Part shown: positions 59,570-64,000 of the stretch, piece by piece
Position numbering within the stretch: the stretch's first letter is position 1
How the letters are laid out: each line of letters starts with the position of its first letter
From: Octopus vulgaris
Taxonomy: Eukaryota
DNA: 64,000 bases
Direction: 5' to 3'
NCBI GenBank assembly: GCA_951406725.2
Contig: OX597828.1
Location: 44,268,001-44,332,000, forward strand
Notes under the pieces: generated by a model
Told to the model about the DNA's origin: nothing
Databases searched by the model: none
What the model saw: the letters and a program-made list of their open reading frames with translations, nothing else
Program-made: the position numbers and the translations under genes

Positions 59570-59830
59570 AATAATAGCTATATAACTTTGATATGAGACA
59601 CAATATCAAGAATATTAGCAGTTTCCGGAGTTTGTTAAATGAATAATCTTGAGAAAATGAAATTTTTTAATATACTGGTATAATTTTTAAATGATTTTTT
59701 TGTTGAATGAATGCACGCTATTACACAAAATAGCTGTATAACTTTGATACGAGGCACAATTTCTAGAATATTATCAGTTTCCGGATTTTGTTAAATGATT
59801 ATTTTTAATAAAATGAAAATTCTTGAATTC
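59570..59830. repeat. Diverged ~156-bp tandem duplication
   Basis: aatagct.tataactttgata.gag.cacaat...cagtttccgga.tttgttaaatga occurs twice. Confidence 0.75.
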
Positions 59831-60337
59831 ACAGGTATGTTATTTATTTATTTATTCATTTATTCATTCATTTTTTAGTGATTTTGTTTGTATTGCGAGA
59901 ATATCTTCCAATATCTTCCGACACAATTTTTCCCACGTGGTCAGTTGCATGTTGTATTATCTAGAGTTCGAAAGAAGGTAAAATTATTGGCTGAGTGAAA
60001 TGGAATCAGTACGATTACTGACAATTGCGTCTACAAGGAGATACTAGATTAAGACAAAAATATGCTTAGCAAGTTTCAATAAATAGTATTAACAAAGAAA
60101 TTATATGTAAAATAGCATATATTTGCGTGGAATTAAATTGTTTTGGCATATTTCAACGATATCCTCATATTAGATCATTTTAAATTTGGGTATATTTGAA
60201 AAAGTAAGAAAACGCCATTCCCATGTGTCCTCACAGCACCGGATTTTTATGTCTGTGTTTGTCTGCCTGTCTCCCTCCCTCCATCCATGCATCTATCCAT
60301 TTGTCTCGTTATCTATTTATCCATCTATCTATCTATC

Positions 60338-60491
60338 TATGCATACCTATGTAAGTTCTACCAATTATTAATGTAATTTCTGCCAATTATTAATGATAAA
60401 TATAGAGATTATGATATGCATACCTATGTAAGTTCTACCAATTATTAATGTAATTTCTGCCAATTATTAATGATAAAAACAGAGATTATGA
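60338..60491. repeat. 77-bp tandem duplication
   Basis: gcatacctatgtaagttctacc at 60341 and 60418. Confidence 0.92.
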
Positions 60492-60688
60492 CTGTGATAA
60501 AATAATGAAAGCAATAATTATTAAGCAACTGAGCACTATGATACAAAGAAATAATTAGATGTAAATATATATAAATTATTAGAATTAGGAATCAAATGAG
60601 GAAATGTTATCGGGTGGATAGCACTCGATATATATATATATTTATATATATATATGCAAAAAAATATATATATAGACATAGATAGATG

Positions 60689-60739
<51 letters not shown>

Positions 60740-60965
60740 GTATAGATGTATATATAAACATATATATATATATATATATGTATACATATATACACACACA
60801 CACTCATATAAATAAATATATATATATGTATGTATACATATATATGTTTATATATGTCTAGGGATATAGTGTTTATCTAGGGATATATGTATATATATAT
60901 ATATAAGGGTATCTATATCTATCTATATATATTTATGTATGAAAATGTATGCGTGTGTGTGTGTG

Positions 60966-61038
<73 letters not shown>

Positions 61039-61525
61039 CAAAGAAAGAGGGTGATTGACCGAAAGACAAATATTAGTTACTGGTAGCCAGAGTAGATGTT
61101 GACAGCCATGCCGAGTTAATACATTGAAGAACCAATGCAAGAAAGTCAATTAAATGAGAACAATATGTTGAGTTTAAACAAGATTAATAGGTGGTCATAG
61201 CATCATCATCATCATCATCATCATCATCTTCATTAAAACACAGGCTTCGTCACCAGTCAAATTCGATCGATGCGCGGTTAACGATCGGTGTGAACATTTC
61301 TTTTTCTGGTTTTCTTTCCCACTTTTATTTTGTATTCAGTTTTGATTTTCATTTCTTTTATTTTCTTTGTTCATATTTTTTTTATTAATATCTCAGTCAT
61401 TGCATCGATTATTGTAAGCGGATCATCCATGGATGACATTATGACTGGCCATACCGTTTATCTTATTTGTTACACGTGCGACAATACTTGCTCATTTTTC
61501 AACCATATTTTTCTTTTATTCATTA

Positions 61526-61909
61526 CTAGCAGTATCGCCCGACGTTGCTCGGGTTTGTAAGGGAAATAACTATATAAGCATTTTTAGAGAGTTATAGCCA
61601 AAAAATAGCAAAAAAAATGCATTAAAAATGGAAAAAAAAATTATGGTCAATTTTTTTTTAAATCGTTGACTCATCGTAGACATTTTTAGAGAGTTACTTC
61701 CCTTATATAATAGCGAAAAAATGCATTAAAATGGAAAAAAAATGATGGTAAATTTTTGTAGACGCGCGCTAATACCCAGAAGGGCTCGATATGAATCACG
61801 ACTATAAGATACCTGCTTTTGATTACACTGCACCGCAAAATGTGGGAGTAGTTAGGAATCTAAATCGTAGGAGACAGACAGCACACAACCTCACTTTTAT
61901 ATATAAAGA
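61526..61909 (-). mobile_element. Complete non-autonomous Helitron
   Basis: Minus strand A|TC...CTAG|T termini, subterminal hairpin CCCGA/TCGGG at 61538-61553, no TSD, internal ~100-bp duplication. Confidence 0.85.
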
Positions 61910-61956
61910 TATCTTTTCCTTTCCTCTCTATCACACTCGATTTTCCATCCATACAC

Positions 61957-61997
<41 letters not shown>

Positions 61998-62120
61998 AAC
62001 GCAAGCATACATATTTATGTATATCCGAATATACATACTTACATATATAATTGAACTTTCCAGGCGCCTACATGTTCCTCTTTGCGACAATGTCACGTTT
62101 CATTTAATCAGGATATCCTT

Positions 62121-62205
62121 GGCCTGAAGAGTAACCTGAGGTTTACACCTCGCTTGGATATTTATCACTTCTGAGGTTCCGTTCGCTATGAAACATATGT
62201 AACCC
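62121..62205 (+). ncRNA. Degenerate type I HHR-like motif with long stem II
   Basis: ggc-CTGAAGA-GTAAC...ACCTC...GAGGT...GCTAT-GAAA-CATATG-TA-acc; one mismatch each in stems I and II. Confidence 0.45.
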
Positions 62206-62234
62206 GGTTCTTATCTACCCTATTCCGTAACTCT

Positions 62235-62291
<57 letters not shown>

Positions 62292-62367
62292 TCTTAGGGT
62301 AGCAAGAATATTCATAGAAAAATTCTTAGTTACCAGTGGTCTAGCGAGAAAGAAAAAATTAGTCAAT

Positions 62368-62465
<98 letters not shown>

Positions 62466-62695
62466 TAAACAAAGGTATTTTAATATGCTACCACTTTGAT
62501 GAAATGTTTGGGGGAAAATTTTTTTATCCTATATTAGAAGTATATAGATAGACAGATACATATATATGTATATATATGTATGTATATATGGATATATATA
62601 TGCATACAAACATATATGCACATACATATGTATACATATATATATATATAATATAATGCAACAATATATATATAAACACATACACATACACACAC

Positions 62696-62728
<33 letters not shown>

Positions 62729-62736
62729 CACGCACG

Positions 62737-62803
<67 letters not shown>

Positions 62804-63699
62804 GTATGTGTGTATGTACGCGCAGGTGTATGTGTGTACTGGCACCCCATTGTTGATAGTCTACTGAGGAAACGGTTGCAAGTTTGCCGCAAACCAAACT
62901 AACCAATGAACGAAGATATGTCCTGCTAAAAGGGCTGGTTTTAAACCTGCATCGAGCCAATTTCTAACAATCTAGAGTTTGCGGGGGACCATAGAAATAC
63001 TTCCGGTTTTGATCTCCCACGCAGACAGACTTGTGCCCTTTACCAACGGTAAAAGCAGCTCGTTTTGTTAAAGGTCACTCGAATAAAAAGTCTAATACGT
63101 CAAGTCAGTAAAATCGTTGATACACCAGTATTAGATAATACTCATTCACCTTAATATTTACATTTCTGTTTGTTTCCTTCATTTTGCTCAGATCTAAGTT
63201 ATATTTTTATTATGTTTATCTAAGTCGTTTTTTTTATTATGTTTATTTTCCTCAGATCTAAGTTATATTTTTATCAGAAATAGCTTAGATCTTATCGATG
63301 CACAGATGTTGCTTGTTGACATATATGAGGCTTTGTCGCTCATTAACAAGAAAAAGTCATATTCAGAATCGGATCCTGGGAGCGTGTCCTAACATGCTCA
63401 CGGCAACACTGCACGCATCATCATAAGCCGTTCGACTGCTCTTCAGGCCGGGCATTTTCACCGTTATATGTCCAGTAGGGATGCAAAGCTTTACTGCAGC
63501 ATCGCTCGTTTTTGCTTTGTGTAGTCATCAACACGCCGTATCACAGTGCTGCATTATCTTTATTAAGGGTCGGTTGGGTCTTATGTTCCTTCATTGCCTG
63601 CATCGCTGCTGTTAGCGAGCTTCACACGGTTGCATGTTCTTGATTGGTTAATTAGTAAGCGATACGGAACAGCCGGTACGCGCTTCCAGCAAACGTCTA

Positions 63700-63756
<57 letters not shown>

Positions 63757-63767
63757 CAGATAGAGAC

Positions 63768-63907
<140 letters not shown>

Positions 63908-63921
63908 GTAGATATAAATAT

Positions 63922-64000
63922 GGGGACACATGTAGTTTAGTGGTGTGGTTAGGTTGTTGCACTCATGATCATATGGTTCTGGTTTCGATTCCTCGACTGG
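63922..64000 (+). mobile_element. SINE family V-like tRNA head, cut by the window end
   Basis: tagtgg...ggttagg...catgatc...ggtttcgattcct.gac. Confidence 0.6.

Overview
AT-rich animal DNA saturated with microsatellites ((TA)n, (TG)n, (TATG)n, (GATA)n, (CAT)n, (CAC)n, (AAT)n). The SINE families and repeat landscape point to an octopus/coleoid cephalopod genome (inference). I recognise no intact host protein-coding exon, and nearly all ORFs in the track are microsatellite artefacts. Identifiable content: three tRNA-derived SINE families; decayed LINEs (Tx1/L1-like RT and APE fragments, a HERO-like RLE 3' end, an R4/Dong-like RLE 3' end); a Tc1/mariner transposase fragment; non-autonomous Helitrons; a palindromic insert; minisatellites; and several YY1/ETS/CCAAT-rich unique islands. 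The main signal is a set of hammerhead-ribozyme (HHR) motifs found by eye. (i) A 546-bp tandem array (2.5 units, 56.9-58.2 kb) with one type-I HHR per unit, the layout of a retrozyme/circRNA template. (ii) At least four other small HHR-bearing element families in (TA)n tracts, often with inverted terminal duplications (Penelope-like), including a U3-A8 core covariant. (iii) An apparently non-circularly permuted HHR in the 3' UTR of the HERO-like LINE. All folds are manual base-pairing and none has been tested.
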